Translations under genes and position numbers: made by a program
In this document: piece by piece, positions 34,564 to 43,976 of the stretch
Layout of the letters: every line of letters starts with the position of its first letter
Numbering within the stretch: position 1 is the first letter of the stretch
From: an uncultured Eubacteriales bacterium
GTDB lineage: Bacteria; Bacillota; Clostridia; Oscillospirales; CAG-272
Length of the DNA stretch: 64,000 bases
Reading direction: 5' to 3'
NCBI GenBank assembly: GCA_934432725.1
Contig: CAKRZE010000001.1
Span: 137,945 to 201,944, forward strand
The notes under the pieces: generated by a model
Database searches by the model: none
What the model was told of the DNA's origin: nothing
Seen by the model: only the letters and a program-made list of their open reading frames with translations

Positions 34564-35916
34564 TCACCGGATTCGCTTCAAAAGTGCCTCGCGTTTGATC
34601 CTGTTTTTTTCGCCCGGCTTTCCGAGCAGCGCATACATATTATCTTTATATCCCTCTACTCCCGGCTGATTGAACGGGTTGACCCCGAGGATATAGCCGG
34701 ACAAGGCGCATGCCGTCTCAAAGAAGTACACCAGATATCCGAAGTGGAAAGCGTCCCGCTTTCCGAGCGTCAAAAGGATATTCGGCACTCCTCCGTCGGT
34801 GTGGGACAAAACGGTTGCGAGATAGGCGTTTTTCTGAACCTCATAAAGCGGCTTTCCCGCAACGCAATTCATCTCATCGGAATCGGCTTCATCATACGGA
34901 ATGACCGCAGTGTCCTCTTCCGCTCCGAAGAAGACAACCGTTTCAAAGAGATTTCTCTCCCCCTGCTGAATCAGCTGACCGAGAGAATGCAGATCTGTGG
35001 AGAATACGGCGGATGCCGGGAAAATCCCCTTGCCGTCCTTGCCCTCCGATTCACCGTAAAGCTGCTTCCACCATTCGCCTGTCATGGCAAAAGCGGGCTC
35101 ATATGCAGCCAGAATTTCTATCTTTTTGCCGCCTCTGTACAAAATGTTGCGCAAAGCTGCATAGCGCGCGCAGTCGTTGTCCGGCGTTGCATCCAGCATA
35201 TAGGCTTCTCTCGCCCTTGCCGCGCCCTCCATCATAGCAGATATGTCGATTCCGGCAACCGCAATCGGCAGAAGTCCGACAGCCGTCAGAACAGAATACC
35301 GTCCGCCGATATCATCCGGAATGACAAAGCATTCATAGCCCATATCAACGGCAAAGGGCTTTAGGTTTCCGCGCGCCCGGTCGGTCGTCACAAAAATCCG
35401 TTTCCGCGCCTCCTCTTTTCCGCAGCGCTCTTCCAGCATCATGCGGAAGAAGCGGAATGCGATAGCGGGTTCTGTCGTTGTGCCGGATTTCGAAATAACA
35501 TTGATGCATACCCGTTTGCCCTCACAAAGCGCAAGCAGCTCATTCAGGCAGGCAGTGCTGATGCTGTTTCCGGCAAAATAAATCTCCGGTCCCTCTTTCC
35601 CATCTTTTTTTATGCGGTTGTACAGCTGTCCGCGGCAAAATTCAATGGCTGCCCTTGCACCGAGATAGGAGCCGCCGATGCCGATAACTATAAAAATATC
35701 GCAGTTTTGCCGGATATAGGAGGCTGCCTTCTGAATGCGCGCGAACTCTTCCCGGTCATAAGCGACCGGCAGATCGACCCATCCGAGAAACGAACTTCCG
35801 GCGCCGCTGCGGTTTTTAATCAGATCATATGCATGAACAACCTCGGTCCGCATGTCGGAGCGCTGTTGATCCGTGATATAGTCCTTCAGATATTTTTCAG
35901 ACAATGTTAAATTCAT
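34564..35916 (-). CDS. pgi: Glucose-6-phosphate isomerase
   Basis: About 450 aa Firmicute-type PGI (IGIGGSYLGARA, VISKSGTTTEP, GGRYSVL...). Start at MNLTLSEKY with RBS GAGGGA at 9 nt. Confidence 0.95.
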   Translation of the reverse strand: MNLTLSEKYLKDYITDQQRSDMRTEVVHAYDLIKNRSGAGSSFLGWVDLPVAYDREEFARIQKAASYIRQNCDIFIVIGIGGSYLGARAAIEFCRGQLYNRIKKDGKEGPEIYFAGNSISTACLNELLALCEGKRVCINVISKSGTTTEPAIAFRFFRMMLEERCGKEEARKRIFVTTDRARGNLKPFAVDMGYECFVIPDDIGGRYSVLTAVGLLPIAVAGIDISAMMEGAARAREAYMLDATPDNDCARYAALRNILYRGGKKIEILAAYEPAFAMTGEWWKQLYGESEGKDGKGIFPASAVFSTDLHSLGQLIQQGERNLFETVVFFGAEEDTAVIPYDEADSDEMNCVAGKPLYEVQKNAYLATVLSHTDGGVPNILLTLGKRDAFHFGYLVYFFETACALSGYILGVNPFNQPGVEGYKDNMYALLGKPGEKNRIKREALLKRIR

Positions 35917-35945
35917 ATCACACATTCCCTCTGTTTCTTGTTTAT

Positions 35946-35974
35946 ATTATACCACATCAGTTTCCCCATTTCAA
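35946..35974 (-). promoter_or_regulatory. Promoter of pgi
   Basis: The minus strand reads TTGAAA, then a 17 nt spacer ending in TGG, then TATAAT. Confidence 0.6.
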
Positions 35975-36460
35975 GGGGAAACTATGAAAAAAATCTAAGC
36001 AAATAAAAATTCAGCAAAACATCACATTTGCAAACCTCCGGATATACTCTTTCCGATGGGAAAATCCCCGCACCGGGTGCCGAAAAAAGAGCCTTGCAGC
36101 CCGAAATCCGCACAGTGCCGCAGCGCGCGCCGGCAGTGTCTTTCTGCCGAACGGTGCAGGACATGTCTGGCAGCTCGCCGGGCGGCACCGCGCCCCGAAA
36201 AAGAAAACGGCAGGACAGCGCAGACCGCAGGAAACCGAAAAATGCTCAAAATTGCTTTCCCGATCAGACCGCTGCGCACCGAAACACTTTTCCCGTCAGC
36301 AAACAAAAGACTTGGCACAAAAGCGGCCCTCCGTTCGGAAAAACAGCGCGCAGCATCCAGTCCTGTCGGAAATCAGCTTCTTTCCATACATATGCTCCCC
36401 GGCAAAGCTTTATTTCCGACGGAAAGATAAACGGCCGCGCAAAAATCCGCCGTCTGAACG

Positions 36461-36495
36461 AAAAAACACCGCAGCCCGGAAAACCGGAGCTGCGG
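36461..36495 (-). terminator. Terminator of rnpB
   Basis: The minus strand reads CCGCAGCTCCGG, loop TTTT, CCGGGCTGCGG, then TGTTTTTT. Confidence 0.7.
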
Positions 36496-36497
36496 CG

Positions 36498-36871
36498 CTT
36501 TGACCAGACCTGTAAGCCGGGTTCTGTCATATCCCTTTCGGAACGTTACGGTCATCTGTCTTGTTCTGCCGTTACCGGCAGACTCTGTGCCACCCAGGAG
36601 ATTCCGGCGGGCAGCCGTGACGGTTTCCCGTCCTCTCCACGGTGTTGCTTCGGATAGGGTTTACATTTGCACGGTGTTACCACAGTGCCGGTGAGCTCTT
36701 ACCTCGCCTTTCCATCCTTACATGATGAAGCCATCATGCGGTTTATTTCTGTTGCACTTTCCCGGAGGTCACCCTCGGCGGACGTTATCCGTTATCCTGC
36801 CCTGCGAAGCCCGGACTTTCCTCACGCTGACACCTTTCGGCAACACAGCGCGCGATCGTACCGTCTGGTCA
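36498..36871 (-). ncRNA. rnpB: RNase P RNA, bacterial type A
   Basis: The minus strand contains GAGGAAAGTCCGGGCTTC (36823-36806), GGGAAAGTGCAACAGAAA, GGTAAGAGCTCACC, and ACAGAACCCGGCTTA (36527-36513). P1 pairs GACCAGAC (5') with GTCTGGTC (3'). It has its own promoter and terminator. Confidence 0.9.
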
Positions 36872-36877
36872 TCTTTT

Positions 36878-36905
36878 ATTATACACATTTTCGGGAAAAT
36901 GTCAA
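36878..36905 (-). promoter_or_regulatory. Promoter of rnpB
   Basis: The minus strand reads TTGACA, 16 nt, TATAAT, ending about 7 nt before the P1 5' strand. Confidence 0.6.
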
Positions 36906-37435
36906 CCGAAAAGCAAGAATCGGTTCACGATTCCGGCAGTCGGCGCTCTCTTCCGGAAATCTCCCATTGCCACGCGCCTCCTTCAACCTCCGAAAAAGCA
37001 TCGGGGCAGCGCCTGCATATGATAAGCCCCCGAACCTGACGCAAAGGTCCCCTGCGGCTCACTCCGCACATCGGACGGCAGCCTGCACCGTCCCCGCAGA
37101 ACCGGGCATTTCCTTTCCCATCATGGAACAGCATACCGCAAAGAGGATAGAAAGCCGGCGTTCTGTGCATTTTATTGCAGAGCAGGAACGCCGCCTGTAG
37201 CCTTTTCATGCCGTTCCGCGCCATACGTTCAGCCCGGCTGTCAAGTCGGTCCGGCTTCGCTTTCAACAGCGCCGCCCGGCGGGTCCGGCATTCCGTCTTA
37301 AAGTATATTCGGCAAGTCTCCGGCTGCCCCGCCCCCGGATGCTCTTCCGAAAGCAATGCCGGAAATGAAGCCGTTTTGCAACGATTTTCACACAGTTATA
37401 AGCCGCCGTACAAAGAATCCGGTCATTTTCGCCGA

Positions 37436-37481
37436 TTGACAAACGGGGCTAAACTCGTTATAATAACATTATAATAACATT
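37436..37481 (+). promoter_or_regulatory. Promoter of pdxK with duplicated -10 region
   Basis: TTGACA, 17 nt, TATAAT. The -10 lies in a tandem 11-mer, TATAATAACAT TATAATAACAT. Confidence 0.6.
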
Positions 37482-37543
37482 GCCGTGCAGTGAATCCCGG
37501 CATGCTTTCACTGCGCAAGCATCTGATTCCGGAGGTTTCCATG

Positions 37544-38377
37544 AACGATAAAAAAGTTTTGACCGTACAGGATATTTCCTGCGTCGGACAGTGCTCCCTC
37601 ACCGTTGCGCTTCCGATCATCTCGGCATGCGGGATCGAGACCTGCGTGCTTCCCTCTGCGGTACTGTCAACGCACACCGGAGGGTTTACCGGCTATACCT
37701 TTCGCGATCTGACGGGAGACATTCCCGCAATCGTCCGCCACTGGAAAAAGGAAGGGATTTCTTTTGACGCAATCTACAGCGGCTACCTCGGAAGCAGAGA
37801 ACAGATCGCCTTGGTAAAGGAAATCATGCACACCATGGGAACTCCGGACAGCATTTCCATCGCAGACCCTGCTATGGCTGACAACGGAAAGCTGTATCCC
37901 GGCTTTGACGATGCTTTTGTAGAGGATATGAAGCAGCTCTGCTCCGCGGCGGACATCATACTGCCCAACATCACAGAAGCATGCCTGCTGACCGGAACGG
38001 AATACCGTGAGGTATACGACAAAGCCTATATCGACCGCCTTCTGACCGCGCTTTCGGCAGCGGGAGCGGGCACCATCGTGCTGACCGGGGTCGGCTACAC
38101 CCCGGACACGACCGGCGTTGTCACAAAGGAGCCGGGAAAAGCTCCCGTTCACTATATTCATAAGCGGTTTCCGACCGGATGTCACGGCACGGGAGATGTG
38201 TTTGCCTCCGCCTTCACCGGTGCGCTCCTGCGGGGCAGATCCGTGTGCGAAGCAGCCAAAATAGCCGCTGACTTTACGCTTCGCTGCATTGAAAACACAC
38301 TGCCGGACGAAAAGCATCGCTACGGGGTAAAATTTGAGCAGATGCTCCCTTCTTTGATCCGCGCTCTGGAGGAATAA
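37544..38377 (+). CDS. pdxK: Pyridoxal/pyridoxamine kinase
   Basis: VLTVQDISCVGQCSLTVALPIISACGIETCVLPSAVLSTHTGGF...YSGYLGS... is typical of the PdxK/PdxY ribokinase fold. RBS GGAGG. Confidence 0.85.
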   Translation, partial: NDKKVLTVQDISCVGQCSLTVALPIISACGIETCVLPSAVLSTHTGGFTGYTFRDLTGDIPAIVRHWKKEGISFDAIYSGYLGSREQIALVKEIMHTMGTPDSISIADPAMADNGKLYPGFDDAFVEDMKQLCSAADIILPNITEACLLTGTEYREVYDKAYIDRLLTALSAAGAGTIVLTGVGYTPDTTGVVTKEPGKAPVHYIHKRFPTGCHGTGDVFASAFTGALLRGRSVCEAAKIAADFTLRCIENTLPDEKHRYGVKFEQMLPSLIRALEE

Positions 38378-38890
38378 ATCTGCCGCGCGGCTCTTTTGCG
38401 GACCAATGCAATCTGCACAGCCCAATGGCAGATCATACCCTTCCCGCATCTGCGTTTTCCGTCCGAACCGCAGCCGCACGGAGACGGGCGCACAGGCAGC
38501 ACAGCTCCCAGTCGGCATGCTCATCATTCCGGAGCCTGTGCCGCCGTGCGCTTCCGGTCACACGCCCTCCGGCAAAGCAGCCATCCCGAAAGAGCGCAGC
38601 CGGGACCCCGATTCGAACGGCGGCAGCCGGAACCCACGTCAGGACCGCAGCTTCCGTCCGCCTGCCCGGGAAATGCAAAGCCGCCGGTTTGGCAAAAAGC
38701 TTTGATTTCATTTTTTCGGAACATGCTTTCCGAAGAGGGTGTCAAGCCGATTGCGCGCCTGCCGGCACCGTTCATCCTCATCCGGTTCGGATCAAATTCC
38801 GCGCCGGTCCGTATCCCCGACGCTTTTCCGATCATTTATTCCACCGCGAGAAAGGATGCTTTCGCCTGCACGAAAGTCAGGGTCATTGAT

Positions 38891-39604
38891 ATGCGGATCG
38901 ATAAATTCTTATCCGACATGGGAATTGCCACGCGAAAAGAAGCGGCGGTTCTCGCAAAAAAAGGCTGCATCACCGTGGACGGGATATGCATCAGCCGGGC
39001 AAATGAACATATTGACCCTGTTTGCCAGCGGATCTGTGTAAACGGCGTCGGAATCGACTATACCCCATTCTTCTATCTGATGCTGCACAAGCCGGAGGGA
39101 TATGTATCCTCCACCGATGACCCCGGAGCGCCCACGGTTCTGGAGCTTCTGCCCGAGCGCTACCGGCGTGTGGGATTGTTTCCGGCAGGACGGCTTGACC
39201 GCAATACAACCGGCTTTTTGCTTCTGACCAACAACGGTCCTTTGGCGCACCGCCTGCTCGCACCCGCGTCCCACGTTGCAAAGGAGTATGCCTTCCGCGT
39301 CAAATTTCCGCTGAGTGCCGAGGATGCGGACGAACTGCGGCGAGGAGTTGAGATCGAAGGCGGATATACCACGCTCCCCTGCTCGCTCACCGTTTCCGAA
39401 TCGGATCCGAAAAGCGGAGTAATCACGCTGCATGAGGGAAAATACCATCAGATCAAGCTGATGATGAAGGCGGTTCACAATCAGATTCTTTCGCTCAGCC
39501 GCATTTCCTTTGCCGGCATTCCGCTTGACCCCGTTCTGAAGCCGGGAGAATTCCGCCCGCTCACCCCGCAGGAGGAAGAGCACCTGACGCACTCCGTTCC
39601 GTAA
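38891..39604 (+). CDS. rsuA: RsuA/RluB-family rRNA pseudouridine synthase
   Basis: N-terminal S4 domain (MRIDKFLSDMGIATRKEAAVLAKKG) and catalytic GRLDRNTTGFLLLTNNG. The upstream 165 codons of the long ORF were rejected. Confidence 0.85.
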   Translation: MRIDKFLSDMGIATRKEAAVLAKKGCITVDGICISRANEHIDPVCQRICVNGVGIDYTPFFYLMLHKPEGYVSSTDDPGAPTVLELLPERYRRVGLFPAGRLDRNTTGFLLLTNNGPLAHRLLAPASHVAKEYAFRVKFPLSAEDADELRRGVEIEGGYTTLPCSLTVSESDPKSGVITLHEGKYHQIKLMMKAVHNQILSLSRISFAGIPLDPVLKPGEFRPLTPQEEEHLTHSVP

Positions 39605-39755
39605 TGTCATGCGGCAGAAGAGCCGGCAAAAGCTCTCCTGCCGCGTTTTTATCCGGCTGTGCGAAGTCCTGTTCTTTCGTCCGGATCGGAGGCGGATCGC
39701 GCCCTGCCCCTCCGAATTTTGAAAGAACCTTTCGGCTTATCCTCCGCACGGAAGA

Positions 39756-41159
39756 TCAGTCAGGAACCTCCTCCTGCAATATGATCTGCATGAGCAGCTC
39801 CTCCCCCGCGCGGAATACCGTAACCGTCACAGTGTCGCCCGGCTTTTTTGTCTTCATCAGAGCTCTGTAATCCTCCGCGGACTGAACCGCCGTGTCATCC
39901 ACCGCCGTGATGAAATCTCCCTTGCTTATTCCTGCCTTCTCCGCCGCAGAGGAGGCGTCAACCGCCGTAATATAAATGCCGGTCTTTGACAGCTGATCCT
40001 TCACACGGGTTCCGAGCAGACGCAAATAATATTGGTAAGCCTCCGAAGCATCCGTATAGGAAATGCCGAGCGTAGCCCGCCCCCTGATATAGCCGTACCG
40101 GATAAGATCATCTGCGCTTTCCGCCGCCTGATTGACCGGCACGCAGAAGCCGAGTCCCTCTACGCTTGATGCGGCATACTTTGCCGTCACGATTCCGATC
40201 ACCTGACCGTATGCGTTAAAGGCGGGACCTCCGGAGTTCCCGGAATTGACTGCGGCATCGATCTGAAACATTTCAATCGGACCGTCGCCTGTGTCGATTT
40301 CCCTTCCCAACGCCGAAATAATTCCGCGCGTCATTGTATAGGTCAGCTCTCCCAGCGGGTTTCCGATGATCACAACATCCTCTCCGACTGCAATGGAATC
40401 GGCATCGCCGAGTGTAACCGCGCGCAATCCGGAAGCGTTGATTTTCAGAACGGCAATGTCGTTTTCCGTATCCGCACCGATGCGTGTTCCCTCATAAACC
40501 GTTCCGTCGTAAAGGGTCACCGTGTACGTGCTTCCGTTCTCGATCACATGGTGATTGGTCAGAATATAACCGTCCTCCGAGATAATAAAGCCGGTACCCG
40601 TGCTTGCCGAAGCCGAAACCTGCCCGAATATATTGGTGGTGGTCCCCTCCGTTGTGATTCCGACGACGGAATGCACATTTTCGGCATATATTTCACTTGC
40701 GCTCTTGGTGTCGCCGGATGCAGCCCGAAGCTGCGCAGAAAGGCGGATGCCGTTCGCCTCATGATTATCCGCGCTGCTTCCGGAGGAATCGGTTCGGCTC
40801 TGCTCCATTCCGCCGGAGGATGCATCTTCCGTTTCCGCAGCCTCCGTGCGGAGCGTTTCCGCTGCGCCTGTGTCCGCCGTATGCTTCGGAATCAGAAACG
40901 AAGCTCCGACTCCCGCCGCAAAGCAGACCGCACATGCAAGAAGCGCTGACAGCAAACGTCTCTTCCTTGTTCTCTTTCCGCTCAAGCCGGATCCGGAATA
41001 CCGTCCGGCCTCCCCTGCTGTCTCCGAAAAGCAGCTGCGTCCCTCCGGATTCCCGGTGTGCGTTCCATTCTGATCATAATTCATCGCGTTCCGCCCCCTC
41101 AGTTTTTTCGCTTCGTGTACGGTCTGACGGCTTTTTCCGTCTTTTATCGTATTCATCAT
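39756..41159 (-). CDS. htrA: HtrA/DegP-family serine protease with TM anchor and PDZ domain
   Basis: Catalytic motifs TNHHV, DIAVLK, GNSGGP. C-terminal PDZ-like region, and an N-terminal hydrophobic anchor LLSALLACAVCFAAGVGASFLI. Confidence 0.85.
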   Translation of the reverse strand: MMNTIKDGKSRQTVHEAKKLRGRNAMNYDQNGTHTGNPEGRSCFSETAGEAGRYSGSGLSGKRTRKRRLLSALLACAVCFAAGVGASFLIPKHTADTGAAETLRTEAAETEDASSGGMEQSRTDSSGSSADNHEANGIRLSAQLRAASGDTKSASEIYAENVHSVVGITTEGTTTNIFGQVSASASTGTGFIISEDGYILTNHHVIENGSTYTVTLYDGTVYEGTRIGADTENDIAVLKINASGLRAVTLGDADSIAVGEDVVIIGNPLGELTYTMTRGIISALGREIDTGDGPIEMFQIDAAVNSGNSGGPAFNAYGQVIGIVTAKYAASSVEGLGFCVPVNQAAESADDLIRYGYIRGRATLGISYTDASEAYQYYLRLLGTRVKDQLSKTGIYITAVDASSAAEKAGISKGDFITAVDDTAVQSAEDYRALMKTKKPGDTVTVTVFRAGEELLMQIILQEEVPD

Positions 41160-41261
41160 ATCCCCTGAAGCTTGCCTCAAGTATAACCCTGCCATCTGAA
41201 GACCGTGTGACGGAAGCCTGAAGACAAGCAAAAAAACACATGATTATTTTCCCCGCCGCCC

Positions 41262-41290
41262 TTGTTATTTTTTGCGGAATTGTGTATAAT
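41262..41290 (+). promoter_or_regulatory. Promoter of the AEC permease gene
   Basis: TTGTTA, then a 17 nt spacer ending in TGTG, then TATAAT. Confidence 0.5.
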
Positions 41291-41454
41291 ACACGTAAGG
41301 AACATACCGATACATATCCGTCAAGGCAAAAGCGCCTGCGGTCCGTTTTCAGAGGATACCTCCCGCCGCCTGCACAAAAGTGCCTCTGACAGCCCGGTCG
41401 GCACAGCCCTTGCGGAATTGTCCGTCGATTCTGTGTCTCATCAAGGAGCCGTTT

Positions 41455-42411
41455 ATGCTTGACAGCTTTCTTTACAGCATTCAGGTCATTTTCCCCATAT
41501 TTTTTCTTGTGTTTCTCGGGTGGCTTTTCGGAAGGCTCGGCATGCTCTCCTCCGCATTTTTCCGGGATGCCAACCGCTTTGTCTTCAAGGTGACGCTTCC
41601 GGTTACACTGTATCTGGAGATTCTGTCCTGCGGACTTCCCTCCTCGGGCGGAAAGCTCCTTTTATACGTGATTTCCGGCATTCTCGCACTGTTTCTGGTT
41701 CTGACACTGACGGTTCCTATGCTGATCCGCAACAATGACAGACGCGGCGCATTTATTCAGGGGGTATACCGCTCCAATATTGCGATCCTCGGTGTCCCCT
41801 TGATTGAGAACATGTTCGGCAATCGGGGCATATCCGTTCTTTCTGTTGTCATGCCGTTTTCCATTATCCTGTACAATATTCTTGCCGTTGTAATCCTCAG
41901 CATTTTTGCACCTGCCGACAAGAAAAAGAAACCCGCAGAGCTGTTTCGCTCCATCATCCGAAGCGTTATCACGAACCCATTGATTATCGGCATTGTGCTC
42001 GCTCTTATGACCGCGCTGCTTCACATCAGGCTCCCGGTGCTTGCCGAGAAGAGCCTCCGCTATCTTTCCGGACTGACCATGCCGCTTGCCCTTATGACGC
42101 TTGGTGCAACCTTTTCCGTACACAAGCTCAAGGGGCGCATTTCCATGGCAATATCCGCATCTCTGCTTCGGACCGTCATCGTCCCGCTGCTGTTTGTGAC
42201 AGCCGGCGCACTTTTCGGCTTCCGCGATGCAGAGCTTGGCGTCATTTTTGTGGTATTTGCAAGTCCGACAGCTGTTTCAAGCTATATTATGGCGGAAAAC
42301 ATGGGCTCCGACCATGAGCTTGCGGGACAGATTGTTCTGATCACCACGCTCCTGTCCCTGTTCACCCTGTTTGCCGGAACATTTCTTCTGAAACAGATGC
42401 AGCTGATCTGA
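41455..42411 (+). CDS. AEC (auxin efflux carrier) family permease
   Basis: About 318 aa with ~10 TM segments. N-terminus MLDSFLYSIQVIFPIFFLVFLGWLFGRLGML... is typical of the family. RBS AAGGAG. Confidence 0.75.
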   Translation: MLDSFLYSIQVIFPIFFLVFLGWLFGRLGMLSSAFFRDANRFVFKVTLPVTLYLEILSCGLPSSGGKLLLYVISGILALFLVLTLTVPMLIRNNDRRGAFIQGVYRSNIAILGVPLIENMFGNRGISVLSVVMPFSIILYNILAVVILSIFAPADKKKKPAELFRSIIRSVITNPLIIGIVLALMTALLHIRLPVLAEKSLRYLSGLTMPLALMTLGATFSVHKLKGRISMAISASLLRTVIVPLLFVTAGALFGFRDAELGVIFVVFASPTAVSSYIMAENMGSDHELAGQIVLITTLLSLFTLFAGTFLLKQMQLI

Positions 42412-42505
42412 GCGGCTTGGAAACTGTGCATTTCCGATTGAAATTTTATAGAATTAAATAAGAAAGGGTGCCTTCGGCAGCGAAGGCTTACGGTACTTAT
42501 GTATT

Positions 42506-43546
42506 ATGATGAATCTTGAAAAAGAAATCCGGGAGCAGCCGGACGTTTTGTCTGCGGTTCTTGTCTGCAATGAATCGGTTTATGCCGAGCTGCTTCGTCA
42601 GATCCGGCTGAAAAATCCTCGGAATGTTTATTTTGCCGCACGCGGCACCTCGGACCATGCCTGCATCTTTGCACAGTATCTGTTCGCCCTGTATCTCGGA
42701 ATCCCCTGCGGGCTTTCCACCCCCTCCGCAATCTCGCAGTACGGCGCCAGAATCAACTATGCGGATTCTCTCGTGATCGGCGTTTCCCAGTCCGGAGCCG
42801 CCGAAGACGTGATGTCTGTCCTGAATGATGCCAAGCAGAGCGGTGCAATCACGGTTGCCGTCACCAATACAAAGGATTCTCCGCTGGCAAAAATGGCGGA
42901 TTTTCATCTTGACTGCTGTGCGGGTCCCGAACTGAGCATCGCCGCAACCAAAACCTTTACGGCGCAGATGTACCTGCTTGCCGGTCTTGCTGCGCGCTGG
43001 AGCGAATCAAAGGTGCTGACGGACGAGCTTGCGCTTGTGCCGCAAACGGTTGAACATGCGCTGCGGACGCTCCCGGATCAGCTGCATGCCATCATTTCCG
43101 ATTACCGAAACATGAAAAACGGTGTTGTGCTCGGCAGAGGCATGATGTATCCGATCGCACTGGAGGGCGCCCTTAAGATTCTTGAAACCAACCGGCTCCG
43201 CATGAAGGGCTATTCGGTGTCGGACTTTTATCACGGTCCGTTTGCACAGCTGTCCGGCGATGAAACAGTGTTTCTTCTTGCGGGAGCAGGTCCGTGCTTC
43301 AATGACTCCATGGCAATGCTGAAAAAGCTGAATGATAATCAGATCAAAACCGTTGTCATCACCGATGCGGAAGCGCTCACGGAGCCTGCCGCGCAGGTCC
43401 TTCGTCTGCCGGAAACAGGCTCGGACGTTGTCTCGGCATTTTCCTCGGCTGTCGCCATGCAGCTTTTTGCCGCAATGCTGGCACAGACCCGGGGAATTGA
43501 TCCGGATCAGAGCAAGGTCCTGAAAAAGGTCACTGTCACCAAATAA
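42506..43546 (+). CDS. Double-SIS-domain sugar-phosphate isomerase/deaminase (GlmS C-terminal-like, AgaS/FrlB group)
   Basis: EIREQPDVL..., ARGTSDHA, VIGVSQSGAAEDV, ITVAVTNTKDSPLA, SIAATKTFT motifs. Confidence 0.75.
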   Translation: MMNLEKEIREQPDVLSAVLVCNESVYAELLRQIRLKNPRNVYFAARGTSDHACIFAQYLFALYLGIPCGLSTPSAISQYGARINYADSLVIGVSQSGAAEDVMSVLNDAKQSGAITVAVTNTKDSPLAKMADFHLDCCAGPELSIAATKTFTAQMYLLAGLAARWSESKVLTDELALVPQTVEHALRTLPDQLHAIISDYRNMKNGVVLGRGMMYPIALEGALKILETNRLRMKGYSVSDFYHGPFAQLSGDETVFLLAGAGPCFNDSMAMLKKLNDNQIKTVVITDAEALTEPAAQVLRLPETGSDVVSAFSSAVAMQLFAAMLAQTRGIDPDQSKVLKKVTVTK

Positions 43547-43593
43547 AGCCGACACGATTTTTGATTTTTTTACATGCAAAAATGAAAATCCCC

Positions 43594-43622
43594 TTTTCAA
43601 CCGCACATTCCTATGGTATAAT
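43594..43622 (+). promoter_or_regulatory. Promoter heading the X-type module upstream of the prs-like gene
   Basis: TTTTCA, then a 17 nt spacer ending in TGG, then TATAAT (extended -10). Confidence 0.45.
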
Positions 43623-43627
43623 AAATG

Positions 43628-43705
43628 CGGATAACATTTTCCGAATAGGTGCAACTGGTCTGCCGCATTTTGCGAATTTGCCGGCTTTGCCGTCAAATTC
43701 AAGAG
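43628..43705 (+). repeat. X-type repeat module
   Basis: GCGGATAACATTTTCC...GGTCTGCCGCATTTTGCGAATTTGCCGGCTTTGCCGTCAAATTCA. Matches 24490-24578 (minus) and 45441-45514 (plus). Confidence 0.6.
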
Positions 43706-43976
43706 GCTTTACTTGAATTTATGGATAATGTATCCGGTTTTATCTGTACATCGGTACGGCGGCAGCGTACCTGCCCTGATGTACAGTGCAAATGATGCTC
43801 CCCGGACCTGCGGCAGATGCATATATCCCTGAGCAGATGGCGCGGATATCTGATTTGCCCGCCCACGTCTGGATGTGTTTTTTCGGTTTCAAAGCTTTTT
43901 CATACGCCGAAAAGCGGTTTTTGTACACAAAACAATGTCAGCTCATCAATGATTTTGAAGAAAGGAATCCGCACCG

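Noticed and set aside
36022-37356. Numerous 60-210 aa ORFs on both strands across and around 36.0-37.4 kb (for example 36028-36657, 36667-37200, 36264-36530, 36925-37356).
   Set aside because: The 36498-36871 interval is unambiguously RNase P RNA on the minus strand. The ORFs are Arg/Pro/Gly-rich, mutually overlapping, lack SD sequences, and look like GC-rich non-coding read-through.
37667-38527. 286-aa minus-strand ORF antisense to pdxK, and similar antisense ORFs opposite thrS (29660-30727, 30878-31741), prs (44010-45092), the P-type ATPase (47410-48588), ygiQ and infB (55819-59181).
   Set aside because: Each lies fully within a confidently identified gene on the other strand and has low-complexity, stop-poor GC-rich composition.
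38600-38680. tRNA-like GATTCGAAC element.
   Set aside because: The flanking bases do not form a T-stem or an acceptor stem, and no cloverleaf can be drawn.
38396-38890. 402-aa version of the pseudouridine synthase ORF, plus overlapping ORFs 38406-38705 and 38425-38889.
   Set aside because: The S4 domain begins at MRIDKFL (38891). The upstream 165 codons are low-complexity and overlapped by equally long ORFs in other frames.
42412-42505. A possible glmS ribozyme upstream of the GlmS-C-terminal-like SIS gene.
   Set aside because: The spacer is only ~90 nt, lacks the conserved glmS core sequences, and the gene lacks the glutaminase domain.
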